A stretch of 63,734 nt of DNA, counting the filler, from Octopus bimaculoides (taxonomy: Eukaryota), in NCBI RefSeq assembly GCF_001194135.2. It is 7 parts of 7 records of this genome, joined end to end, with 100 filler letters (N's around TTAATTAATTAA, not from the genome) between each part and the next. Parts side by side here need not be neighbours in the genome. Positions count along the whole stretch, not along the records: positions 44,939 to 56,376 come from NC_068985.1; positions 56,477 to 59,056 come from NC_068994.1; positions 59,157 to 62,288 come from NC_068993.1; positions 62,389 to 63,734 come from NW_026373458.1; 3 more parts are not named here. One strand, written 5' to 3'. The notes below the pieces were generated by a model, which was not told the origin of the DNA, searched no databases, and saw only the letters and a list, made by a program, of their open reading frames with translations. Below are positions 53,024-63,734 of the stretch, piece after piece (position 1 is the stretch's first letter; the number at the start of each line of letters is the position of its first letter). Both the position numbers and the translations under genes were made by a program.

Positions 53024-53283
53024 TTCTTTTATTCTTTTACTTGTTTCAGTCATTTGACTGTGGCCATGCTGGAGCACCGCCTTTAGTCGAATCAAATCGG
53101 CCCCAGGACTTATTCTTTGTAAGCCTAGTACTTATTCTATCGGTCACTTTTTGCCGAACCGCTAAGTTACGAGGACCTAAACACACCAGCATCGGTTGTC
53201 AAGCGATGTTGGGGGGGACAAACACAAATATACAACATATACACACATGCATATATATATATACATATATACGACGGGCTTCT
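53022..53283 (-). mobile_element. SINE family A (head lost in N gap)
   Basis: Tail and body match the family. Confidence 0.9.
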
Positions 53284-53393
53284 NNNNNNNNNNNNNNNNN
53301 NNNNNNNNNNNNNNNNNNNNNNNNNNNNNNNNNNNNNNNNNNNNNNNNNNNNNNNNNNNNNNNNNNNNNNNNNNNNNNNNNNNTGTCCATGTT

Positions 53394-54564
53394 TATACTG
53401 TGTAACTTCGATCACGCCTCTTTCAATTTCATGGTTTTGCATTAGAGAACATTAGTATAACACTTACAAAATGTACTGTCTCCGCTTTTCTTTTAAACAT
53501 TCAATTTTTGAGAGAATTTTTTGATGAAATGTAGTTCCATTGCTTCTCCGTATTGAGGATCGTCCCGTAAAAGGGGAAAATTTTGAATTTTCCGTCGCTG
53601 CATATTTCCAGATGCTTACTTAATGGAACCTTGCGTAATTTTTTCTTGTCGGATATGTTGCCTGTGGATTCTTGCACGTTGGCAGAGGGAATTATTTGTT
53701 TCACCAATGTAACTTTCTTTACAGTTTGGGCAGGTAATGCAGTATATCAGGTTTTGCGTTTTGCAGTTCATATCAGTATTTATTTTGAAAAGGGATTCGC
53801 TCTTGAATTTTTATGTGGGAACCACTTTCCAAGTATTTGAAGTTGTTGATGTTGTTGCATGTTCCACATCTATCTCCACATTTTTTTTACTAAGAATTCA
53901 TTCTCTGATTTGAATTCTGCCCTTGTGAGGGTTTTTTAAAGATTTTTTGGTTGGCTTCTGCTATTCCGTAAGGTATTTTTTTTCTCAATCAGATTTTTCA
54001 TTTTGGGGCTTTGTAGGAGTATAGGTAAGTTCGATTTTATGTCGTGAAAGATGTTGGTTATTCCAGGACTGTGTGTGTTAATGAACGGAATCGTGTTTTC
54101 ATTAACTTTTTCCTTAGGTGTCCGTAGTTGGGTGATGTTTAGTTTCATCGCCTTTTTAATTCCCCCATTAATTAATCCTAAGGGGTGTTTCTGCATTGTG
54201 AGGAAGCCTTTGAGTTCGATGAGTCGGGTTTCACGTATTTTGGGTCAGTTACTATAGCACAGATGCATCCTGCCATGCTGTATCGGATGTTTCTTTTGAT
54301 GTGTTATGGATGGAAAGAGTAGAAATTTAAATATTGGTGTGTGCCAGTTTTTTTGTAAAATATGTCTGTTGTGACTGTGGAGTTCTGTATCTTTATGTGG
54401 ATATCCAGGAATGGTAGTTCATTGCAACTGGATTTTATTGTAAATTTGATGAATGGGTGAAGTGTGTTCAGTATATTGTTAAATATATTTAGATCTTCAT
54501 TCAATTTGTCCCAGATGAAGCAATCATCAAGGAAGCGTTTCCACTTTTCAATGATATATTTTAT
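53394..54564 (-). mobile_element. 5'-truncated Penelope-like element (RT C-terminus plus GIY-YIG region)
   Basis: KRFLDDCFIW..NTLHPFIKFT...LPFLDIHI...DIFYKKTGTHQYLNFYSFHP, linker IPFINTHSP...SQPKNL and late PLSKHLEIC..FKIFPFY; several frameshifts. Confidence 0.9.
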
Positions 54565-54606
54565 ATATACATATAGCGGCGTACGTACACCTTTGCTCAC
54601 CTTATA

Positions 54607-55305
54607 GAAAGTATTATCTAAATTTTGAACGATTCTTTTACTCTGACTTTTAGTCCACCTCATACTTTCTTCCTCTTTTCTTTTTCTCGCTCACCCTCTC
54701 TCACATTTCTTGGTTCTCTCTTTAACTCCTGCTTTTTCTCCTGGTCTATCTCCCTTGTACCTTTTCCTTTGTGTCTGTTTTTTTCTAATCCTTCAATCCC
54801 GCTGCCCCTACCTCTCTCCCCTCCTTCCACGTGACCAGTGTTCGGCCATACATGATCTTTTTTTCTTGGCCTGACTACCGACCGCCAACCCCTCTTATGT
54901 CCATCTTCTATGTTCCTGTTTTAAGGCTTTCACTTTATACACGCCAGCTCAATTTGATTCGTCCTCAGTCGAATAACACCTGTTGTTATATTCTTGTTGT
55001 TTGTATTTGTAATTGTTACCATGTTCTCCGTTTTTTGTCTTTGTTGTATACATTCGCTAGCTTTCTTACAAAAAATGTAATGCTCTTAGCTTAGACTTTT
55101 GGTGGGCAACCAGATCTAACGGTCTCAAGTGTAACTGTAAGGACATCTGGTAATTTGACTGACGAAAGAAGGCCACGAATGACCCGTCCTTTTTTTCCTG
55201 TCCCTCTAATTATTGTTTTTCCTGTCCGCCTTTGTATTGTCTATCTGTCCGGATGTTTTATTGCCTTCTATTGCGCTTTTGTTCCTATTTTTATATTTAT
55301 ATACA
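54607..55305 (+). mobile_element. PLE-like terminal segment flanked by 37-bp direct repeats
   Basis: CATATAGCGGCGTACGTACACCT(T/C)TG(C/T)TCACCTTATA at 54570-54606 and 55306-55342; interior has a pyrimidine tract, CACGTGACCAG and CTGACGAAAG. Confidence 0.5.
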
Positions 55306-55343
55306 CATATAGCGGCGTACGTACACCTCTGTTCACCTTATAT

Positions 55344-55708
55344 CGTGACACTCCGTCAGTTACGACGACGAGAGTTCCAGTTGATTCGATCAAGGGAGCA
55401 GCCTGCTCGTGAAATTAACGTGCAAGTGGCTGAGCACTCCACAGACACGTGTACCCTTAACGTAATTCTCGGGGAGACTCAAGCTGACACAGGTTGGTCC
55501 TTTGAAATACAGGTACAACAGAAACAGGAAGACTGTGAGAAAGTTGTGGTGAGAGAGTGCAGCAGGGTTCACCCCACCCTGCCAGAGCCTCGTGGAGCTT
55601 TAGATGTTTTCGCTCAATAAACACTCACGGCACCCGATCTGGGAATCGAATTCGCGATCCTACGACCGCGAATCGGCTGCCCTAACCACTGGGCTATTGC
55701 GCTTCCAC
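55344..55708 (-). mobile_element. SINE family C, full length
   Basis: Reverse complement of 27192-27570; TSD-like GTTCACCTTATA (55331-55342) and GCTCACCTTTATA (55709-55721). Confidence 0.95.
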
Positions 55709-55753
55709 GCTCACCTTTATAACATACATACATACATACATACATATATACAT

Positions 55754-55999
55754 GATGGCTGCAAACTCGTGTACGAGTTTTGCCATCACTTGATCGAAAG
55801 TTCCACACATGCGAGGGCTACGATCAGCCCTTTTTATGATAGGTTTTACTTTGTTTTTTCAAGCGATGCATGTGCATGATGTTTTTTTTTTTATAGTGGG
55901 AAAAGGATTTGTACAAATCCAATCCCACTCTCTGAACATGAACAACATAAACTCGAAAAGAAGAAATAGTTTACATCATTGAATATTGTCAGTGTCGCA
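55754..55999 (-). repeat. Unclassified ~240-bp interspersed repeat, copy 2
   Basis: Homologous to 22201-22441 over its whole length; (ATGT)n tail at the same end. Confidence 0.85.
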
Positions 56000-56335
56000 G
56001 GTTTTCTCTGAGTGTACCTCTCCTAGAGAGATGTGACAACGAACGGGCTTCTCACTCCTAGTCGGCCAACCACGCACCTGGGCCCCAACCCATGTATTTC
56101 CATGTCCCCGCGCATACATACATATATACATGCACATATTGTTGGATGACCGTTGACCTCTTCCGCTCTTTCACAGGTCTTATCTTTCGTCCTACGGGTT
56201 GTCCAACAATCACCCTCTTCCCCAAATAAGTTTGATGGGATTGTCAGTTTAGTCGCCGACGACCCGATCATGCAACATATGGTACTAGGTTCCATATATA
56301 TATTGGTCTTAAATTGCGTCGAGCTACATTAATAT

Positions 56336-56376
<41 letters not shown>

Positions 56377-56476
56377 NNNNNNNNNNNNNNNNNNNNNNNN
56401 NNNNNNNNNNNNNNNNNNNNTTAATTAATTAANNNNNNNNNNNNNNNNNNNNNNNNNNNNNNNNNNNNNNNNNNNN
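56377..56476. other. Artificial scaffold-join spacer
   Basis: TTAATTAATTAA at 56421-56432 inside a 100-bp N block. Confidence 0.9.
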
Positions 56477-56517
<41 letters not shown>

Positions 56518-56974
56518 CACACACACACATTTGTTGTCATGGGCAGAAAAGGGAAAAGTCACGTTTGGTTTTTGATCATGCAGCCAAACATGAGTGGTCT
56601 CCACGAAATACATCCTCATCTGCAGTGATCATGCGACATGTGGTTGACCAGCACGTGCCGTCAACCTAGTCGAATCCTCAGTGAAGAGAACACGATAAGC
56701 AGGGTCTAACTCAGAAAAATCGAGCAACATGACCAAACAGTCTGAGCTAGCGCTCCGAAATCATAACAGACAGAAATAGTAGAAAATTCGGAAGAAGACG
56801 ACTGGGCGCAGCTCTTTCGACGCTGGCAACCTGGCATGGCTGAGTGGTTGAACATTCGGCCTGTTTTTGGCGACAGTATTCTTAGGCGCTGGAGACAAAC
56901 CACACATGCGCAGAAATATGCGCATGAGATAGCTAGCTAGCTAGCTAGATAGAGAGATAGGAGAGGGAGAGAAC

Positions 56975-57272
56975 GAGAGAAATATTGGTTTCAAATTTTG
57001 GCGCAAGGTCAGCAATTTCGGAGGAGGGGGGTAAGTCGATTACATCGACCCCAGTGTTCAACTGGTACTTATTTTAATCAACCCAGAAAAGATGCAAGGC
57101 AAAGTCTACCTCGGTTGAATTTGTACTCAGAACGCCAAGACGGACGAAATGACGCTAAGCATTTTGCCCGGCGTGCTAGCGATTCTGCGAGATCGCCGCC
57201 TTGAAACGAGAGAAATATTGGTTTCAAATTTTGGCGCAAGGTCAGCAATTTCGGAGGAGGGGGGTAAGTCGA
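56975..57272 (-). mobile_element. SINE family B plus the start of an identical tandem copy
   Basis: AACGAGAGAAATATTGGTTTCAAATTTTGGCGCAAGGTCAGCAATTTCGGAGGAGG appears twice (about 56972 and 57205). Confidence 0.9.
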
Positions 57273-57359
57273 NNNNNNNNNNNNNNNNNNNNNNNNNNNN
57301 NNNNNNNNNNNNNNNNNNNNNNNNNNNNNNNNNNNNNNNNNNNNNNNNNNNNNNNNNNN

Positions 57360-57890
57360 AATTAGTTGAGCCAATACTCATGAGCCGAAACGTTTCATAC
57401 GCCAGAAATTTGAATTTGGTCGGGAGGGGCTGGCAATTTTTATTTGTCTCGTGGCTGTAGCGAAAGAGGTAGTATGGTGGACCCGCTTGAAAAGGGCTAA
57501 AGAGAGACACCTTCTTCTTTGGCCAAGCCCTCATCAAGTCTCACTTGAAAAGGAAGTTGAGCGTGGAGAAGGAAGTGTTGCCTTGAAAGGTGGGTGTTGA
57601 AAGGTTGGAAGAATGGCCAGTGTGAAAGGACCAATTCTGAGCATACACCTGTGAGAAATAAAAGAAGGGCTCTTGCCCTGTTGATCAGGCACCCGTGGCT
57701 TTCATGGGTTTTTCCACGAGGACCTTAAAACGCCTCCCTCATTGGGAGTTTTAATTTGTTCAATTTAATTATTTATATTGTCTACACGCGGAAAATCCAT
57801 TGTATGTTGTTGCATATCATTTAATATAGTTTTATGTGAGCCCTTGTGGCTAATAAAAGAATGAGCTATTATTATTATTATTATTATTAT
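57360..57890 (+). mobile_element. Tx1/L1-clade LINE 3' end with (TTA)n tail
   Basis: EFGREGLAIFICLVAVAKEVVWWTRLK...FFGQALIKSHLKRKLSVEKEVL, then a 3' UTR ending GCCCTTGTGGCTAATAAAAGAATG(AGC)(TAT)n. Confidence 0.75.
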
Positions 57891-57891
57891 T

Positions 57892-58043
57892 CAGTAGTTT
57901 TATTTTTATAACGTGCTTTCACTTCACTACCGAGCGCAGCTCTGTGCGCCTTGGGTATGTGCTTTGGTTTGCTGTGGTGCTCTTATGTTTACTGTATTGA
58001 AAGTGTTTTGCGTAGAAAGTGTGCAGTACCCAGTAGTGCAATT
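57892..58043 (-). mobile_element. R4/Dong-like 3' terminal fragment within (TAA)n
   Basis: Minus frame IALLGTAHFLRKTLSIQ* matches the LLGT..ILRK.L C-terminus of RLE elements; (AAT)n on both sides. Confidence 0.75.
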
Positions 58044-58639
58044 TATTATTATTATTATTATTATCATTATTATTATTTCAGGAACCACCGTTTGGTATTG
58101 ATACCAAGGAAAAAAGTCAGGGAAGCCAATACAGTTTCTACTTTTGGCCATGAACACCCTTTCGCTGTTTATAATCCTCATTATATGTAAGTCAGTTACT
58201 TGTCTGTGTTAGACATACAATCCTCTTGTTGTTAACGTCCCTTGATATTTGTCGCCCCCTCCTCACCTCACCGTTCGTTCGCTTGAAACACCCGCATTGC
58301 CTGACTGGTTGAAGGCTGTGAATGCTTGACGACATTCCAGATGCAAACAAACGAAAACGAAAGTAGACCAAATTTCAGGGCAAAAATGAAGTAAATGACA
58401 AAACACAACAAAACCAAATTCAAAACTACAGAAAGACTTGACTAGCAAGAACCAAACCAGAACAGCACGGCAAAAACATAGATAAAAAGAGAATGTAAGG
58501 AAAATTTACAAAGAAAAATTCTAACGATGGTGGAATTCACGAACGTGATAATCTAAAGGTAGAAACAAAGAACTAAAACCTACAGATTTCATATTTAGCA
58601 GAAAAAGCTCTTCTCAAGAATGAATACACACGATGTAAG

Positions 58640-58785
58640 ATGCAATAGAATCGTTAGAGCGCCGGACGGAAATGCTTACCGGTATTTCGTTCTGAGTTCA
58701 AATTCCGCCGAGGTCGACTTTACCTTTCATCCTTTCGGGGTCGATTAAATAAGTACCAGTTTGAACACTGGGATCGATGTCATCG
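58640..58785 (+). mobile_element. SINE family B
   Basis: AGAATCGTTAGAGCGCCGG...TTCTGAGTTCAAATTCCGCCGAGGTCGACTTTACCTTTCATCCTTTCGGGGTCGAT. Confidence 0.9.
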
Positions 58786-58814
58786 GGCCACGAGGCAAAA
58801 TTTTAAATGAATAT

Positions 58815-59030
58815 ATATTTACTCTTTTACTTGTTTCAGCCATTTCACTGCGGCCATGCTGTAGCACCGCTTTTAGTCGAAGAAATCGACCTCAAGGACT
58901 TATTCTTTGTAAGCCTAGTACTTATTCTATCGGTCTCTTTTGCCGAACCGCTAAGTTACGGGGACGTAAACACACCAGCATCGGTTGTCAAACGATGTTG
59001 GGGGACAAACACAGACACACAAACCTATAC
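58815..59030 (-). mobile_element. SINE family A, 3' half
   Basis: Family tail and body; cut at the scaffold spacer. Confidence 0.9.
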
Positions 59031-59056
59031 ACACACATACATACATACATGCATAC

Positions 59057-59156
59057 NNNNNNNNNNNNNNNNNNNNNNNNNNNNNNNNNNNNNNNNNNNN
59101 TTAATTAATTAANNNNNNNNNNNNNNNNNNNNNNNNNNNNNNNNNNNNNNNNNNNN
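59057..59156. other. Artificial scaffold-join spacer
   Basis: TTAATTAATTAA at 59101-59112 inside a 100-bp N block. Confidence 0.9.
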
Positions 59157-59439
59157 TCTGTGTGTACCATAAATATCGCTATCAATTTAGAGAAAGATTT
59201 GTAGTTTTGGAATCAGTAGTTCTTTGGCTGCTATTTCTGAATTCTCAGTATGTTGGAGAAGCAGGATACTGCTAATCACTATATATATTTATGATTATAA
59301 ATGGTTTTACCGATAAGGTATTTTCATACTGAGCTACCCGGCAAAATTGTTAATTATTAATTTTATTACTAATTGACGATTCCCTGCCCTGTATATCTAT
59401 CTATCTATATATATATATATATACCAGGTAGCAATTGAA

Positions 59440-59900
59440 AATTGTTTTTTAATCTAAAGTCGATTCACCGTCAAATAAATTCTTTCCTAATCAAGAGGCT
59501 AGAAAATATTTGGCGTGAAATTCGTACGTTTCAAAAGTTCTTTGTTACTTTATTAAATGGATGGGATGAAAGTAGCTACCCTATCAATAACTTGAACAAT
59601 CTAACTTGGCTTGGTTTCTGATGTTAAAAGATGTTTCCTGGGCTGCGAGTGCTTTTTTTTGCTGGTGATATTGATCAGTTTGACTTCTTTACTATGGATT
59701 ATTACTTCTCTCATTCCTTTGAAAAGGAAATCTTCCTGTATGCGGATTGTTGTAGGATAATGCGTATAATAATGTTGGCCACATATGTATATGAAAATGT
59801 GTTCAACACAAATTCCTTTTTTCCTGAAAAATATTTGGCTTCTACTCATAACTTTCTGTCTATCTCGTTCACTTATACTGAGGAGCAATTGCGATGGCTT
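59440..59900 (-). mobile_element. Degenerate pogo/Tigger DDE-domain relic
   Basis: Minus frame VIDRVATFIPSI**SNKELLKRTNFTPNIF*PLD*ERI parallels LLDNAPAHP...SNVELLFLPPNTT..LQPLDQG; both TAG stops sit where Gln (CAG) is expected. Confidence 0.5.
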
Positions 59901-61439
59901 TATTTCTCATAGATTTCCAGCTTACAGGTAAAATATATCGATTTATTTATAACATGAATGGAATAAATAATCAACCAGTGATGTTACCTTCTTCTTTGGA
60001 AACTAAATGTAAAGGCTTTCACTTTTTTCTGTCCATGGCTTTAAACTGTCGGTCACTTTATTGACAATTTATTAGCAATCGATCAGAATATGAAATTGCT
60101 AGCGATGTATATAGCGTAATGATCTGAAAATTTGTCAAAGACTGTAACACCTTAGACTTGTAGCAACAAAGCAACCTGTTTTTAAAGTAGTATAAAAACA
60201 TATAAATGGGTTCTTGGGCATCATGTAGGAAGAGCCACGAGAAAGATGGTGGAAAACAACGAATTGACTAATGAGGAGGCTAAATGCGGGTAGAAACTGT
60301 GTTTATTTTCTGTATACCCACGAGAATCAGATTGAGATTTTGATTGGTTCATTTCGATTTTCGATTATTTCTCTACAGGAACCTATTCTGTTAACCTAAT
60401 ATTTCGAGCTTTCGTAATATATGAATAGGAGCAAAACTTGGATAGCCTGAAAGAGTTTTATAAATGATGTTTTCTTTTGACAAATATTCTGTATTTTGAG
60501 AGTGTAAAAAGACATGTAATTATTTTTCAAGTAACAATTGTTTCAAACCTAGATGAAATGTGTTCCATCTGTGTTCATTTAGTCTTTGTTTATCTAGAAT
60601 TACATTAACTGTTATGTTTAATTTTGGTCGGTTCGTTTTCGTCATCGCTGCAACTGAAATAATATGAGCTCCTCCAGGAACGGAAACCCTGCTCAATATC
60701 ATCTCTTCAATTATGTTTTTTTTTCTCGCTCTGTGTTTGACCGTGAAGTAGTCAGTAGTACATCATTGTCATTGAAATCTATAGAGTAACAATACTACTT
60801 CTTTACAATCTTTTAAATCTCAAACTAACTGAAACTAGTTCTGAATTTTATGGACAACTTATGATGCAAAAATTCAACTCAATATGTATTAAATGAAATA
60901 AACGTGGTTTCAGGCAGAGATTTAATTCATAAAAATAACACCCTATTTATTTTTTATTGATAAAACAGACACATAATATAATAACTTATTTTCAACATGA
61001 CGAATGCCATTTTGTATAAAACAAATTTTTATAAAACCCTTTAGCAGGTAGAAACCAGAATTTTTTCACAGATTCCACTTGTCGAAAGATAAGTTTCTAT
61101 CACTAAATTTATGACTTTAGGTATTGAACAATTTTCACTCACTGCTTCCTTAGGAAATTTAAAATTTCTTTTTGCGTTACGTAGATTCAAATAACATCTA
61201 ATTGATTGTGGCAGTTGATATCGTTCATCTTCTCTGCTGGCAAACAATAAAACGTATTTTCAAACCTTGATTCTCTGAAAATAAAAATTGGGAAGAAATG
61301 AATAGAATGTAGTCGGTAATATGCTATTTCAAATAATGCTACAAAGAGGGAATTGAAACATACAACCCTCGGACATGCTACTGCTACTGCGACTACAGCA
61401 ACTTATAATTATAATAGTTTCAAATTTTGACACAAGACC

Positions 61440-62118
61440 TACAATTTCAGTTGTGTGTGCGTATGTGTGAGGGTGTGTTAGTCGGTTATATTGGATCCAG
61501 TACTTAATTGGCACTTTTTTTATCGACCCCGGAAAAATGATAAGCAAAGTTGTTCCCGGAAGGATTAAAATTCAAAGTCTTAAGAGTCTAAAGGAATACT
61601 GTAAGGCATTTTTTCCTGATGCTGTTACAATTTTTCCAGTCCAGCATCTTTAATAATTCTTTTTACTAGAGGTACAGAGGATGATATTTTGGGAAAATAT
61701 GCTAGTCGATTATATTGATCTACAATGCTCCACGGGTACTTATTTTATTGACGTCAAAAGAATGAAACACAGAGCTGACCTCGACAGAATTTGAATTCAG
61801 AACGGAAAGCCAGAAGAATATTGATTTCAAATTTTGTCTGGCGCGCTAACAATTCTGCCAGCGCGCTGTCTTAATAATAATAATAATAATAATCCTTCCT
61901 ACTATAGGCAAAAGGTGCGAAATTTGGGGAGTGGGCTTAATCGGTTACATCGACACCAGTACTCAACTGGTACTTATTTCATCGACTCCGAAAGGATGGT
62001 AGGTAAAGTCCACCCCGGTGGCATTCAGACTAAAGATGTAAAGACGGACGAAATGCTGCTAAGCATTTTGCCAGGCGCGCTAACGATTCTGCCAGCTCGT
62101 TGCCTTCATTATAATAAT

Positions 62119-62203
<85 letters not shown>

Positions 62204-62288
62204 GTGTCAAATTTTTCCACAAGGATATCCATTTTGGGGGAAGGAATGAATCGATTACATCGATCCCAGTGTTCAACTGGTGTTTATT
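61440..62288 (-). mobile_element. Cluster of four SINE family B copies separated by (AAT)/(AAC) tracts
   Basis: Repeated ATCGAC..CAGT.CT...TGGTAC.TA.TTT..TCGAC and CTAAC.ATTCTGCCAGC segments, all in one orientation. Confidence 0.85.
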
Positions 62289-62388
62289 NNNNNNNNNNNN
62301 NNNNNNNNNNNNNNNNNNNNNNNNNNNNNNNNTTAATTAATTAANNNNNNNNNNNNNNNNNNNNNNNNNNNNNNNNNNNNNNNNNNNN
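62289..62388. other. Artificial scaffold-join spacer
   Basis: TTAATTAATTAA at 62333-62344 inside a 100-bp N block. Confidence 0.9.
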
Positions 62389-62424
<36 letters not shown>

Positions 62425-62754
62425 AAGAGATAGAGAAAGAGATAGAGGGGGAGAGAGAGTTGAAAGCAGTGTGTTATGAAAACTTGTTTTGTTTTGCCTG
62501 TGTTTTGTTCAAAAACTGTGAACAGTTAAACAAAAGCCCCCGAAGCCGTTCTGTCTCGCCATTTCTGGATTACCAGATCTTCTTAATTCGAAAGAAGTGT
62601 GTGTAGGTGTTTCTTCTTCGTTTTCTTTTTATTTCTGTTATTTATTATTTGTTTTACCACCATTATTTTCGTTCTTCCTTTTTCCGTTTATCCATCTATT
62701 TACACATCGTCTCTATTTTTTGTGTTTTTTTCCTTCATTCTAGAAAAATATATA

Positions 62755-63175
62755 CACTCTTTTATACTCTTTTTTAGTTGTTGCAGTCATTTTGACTGGA
62801 GCACCGCCTTTATAGTCGAGCAAATCGGACCCCCCCCCCCCAGGACTTATTCTTTTTGTAAGCCTAGTACTTATTCCATCAGTCTCTTTTGCCGAACCGA
62901 TAAGTTACGGAGACGTAAACACACCAGCATCAGTTGTCAAGCGATATTGGTGGGGACAAACACAGACACACAATCACACACATATATGTATATATACACA
63001 TACATATATACGACAGGCTTCTTTCAGTTTCGGTCTACCAAATCCACTCACAAGGCTTTGGTCGACCCGAGGCTATAGTAGAAGACACTTGTTCAAGGTT
63101 CCACGCAGTGGGACTGAACCCGGAACCATGTGGTTGGTAATCAAGCTACTTACCACAGAGCCACTCCTGCGCCTA
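62755..63175 (-). mobile_element. SINE family A, full length
   Basis: Tail through to the head ...ACCACAGAGCCACTCCTGCGCC. Confidence 0.9.
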
Positions 63176-63196
63176 TAAATAATAATAATAATGATG

Positions 63197-63248
<52 letters not shown>

Positions 63249-63254
63249 CAATAA

Positions 63255-63676
63255 TCTTTACAGACATGGATGCGCTGTAAGACGGGCTTGTCCGAGGTGA
63301 GCGCAGAGTGAGGAAATCGTTCTGCATGCACTCGTTCCGTGCCTGGACATCGCTGACTTGTGGAGTTATGGTCGAACAGCTGCTGTCGCGCGTAGGACGA
63401 ATCCGTCAGTCGGCCGAGTCCATAATGGTGATTGCCTCGCCCTCCTCCTTTAATCAGACAGGCAAGGCAGTCTTCCTTTACCTCTTAGCTGTAGCTGTAA
63501 GGGGTTGGCTGTTGGACGAGGCTGAAAGCAATGAGGATAGAGAGACATTCCTCCTTGGTAAAGCCCTCATCGATCAAGGAAAGTGAGAGCGGAGAGAGAA
63601 GTGCTGTTCTCGAACGAATTTATTAAAGGTGGGTAAAAATTTGCGAAAATGGCCTCAGTGGATGATACCTCTCTAA
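63255..63676 (+). mobile_element. Tx1/L1-clade ORF2 C-terminal fragment
   Basis: CPR..QSEEIVLHALVPC then VEQLLSRVGRI..SAESI...FNQTGKAVFLYLLAVA; homologous to 57360-57600. Confidence 0.75.
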
Positions 63677-63684
63677 GTATAGAC

Positions 63685-63734
63685 CAGGGGTTTTCAAACT
63701 GTGGTCCGCAAGGACAAGACACGGGGTCCGTGGA
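63685..63734 (+). mobile_element. Left end of a hAT (Charlie-like) element, running off the window
   Basis: CAGGGGTTTTCAAACTGTGGTCCGC preceded by the 8-mer GTATAGAC, which fits the Charlie NTCTAGAN-like target. Confidence 0.7.

Noticed and set aside
57377-57395. CTCATGAGCCGAAACGTTT hammerhead-like string
   Set aside because: No proper helix II or helix I, and it lies in the coding relic of the Tx1-like LINE.

Overview
AT-rich, microsatellite-dense eukaryotic DNA with many N gaps. The repeat families and microsatellite load suggest an octopod cephalopod; this is an inference and no database search was run. The window is not one contig: six identical 100-bp spacers (44 N + TTAATTAATTAA + 44 N) join seven separate pieces. 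No host gene, tRNA, rRNA or CRISPR array can be called with confidence, and most ORF-track entries are microsatellite or N-gap artefacts. Well supported content is a layered transposon landscape: four SINE-like families, a Tc1 (DD34E) element with TIRs and TA target site, mariner, hAT and pogo/Tigger relics, Penelope-like (PLE), R4/Dong-like, Tx1/L1-like and RTE fragments, and two convergent Gypsy LTR remnants with tRNA-Trp-type primer binding sites. The most notable items are an unclassified foldback family (two copies, about 0.55 and 1.07 kb, sharing an asymmetric tail), minimal hammerhead-ribozyme-like motifs in PLE termini, and nested insertions that target other elements' tails. Boundaries of degenerate relics are approximate.
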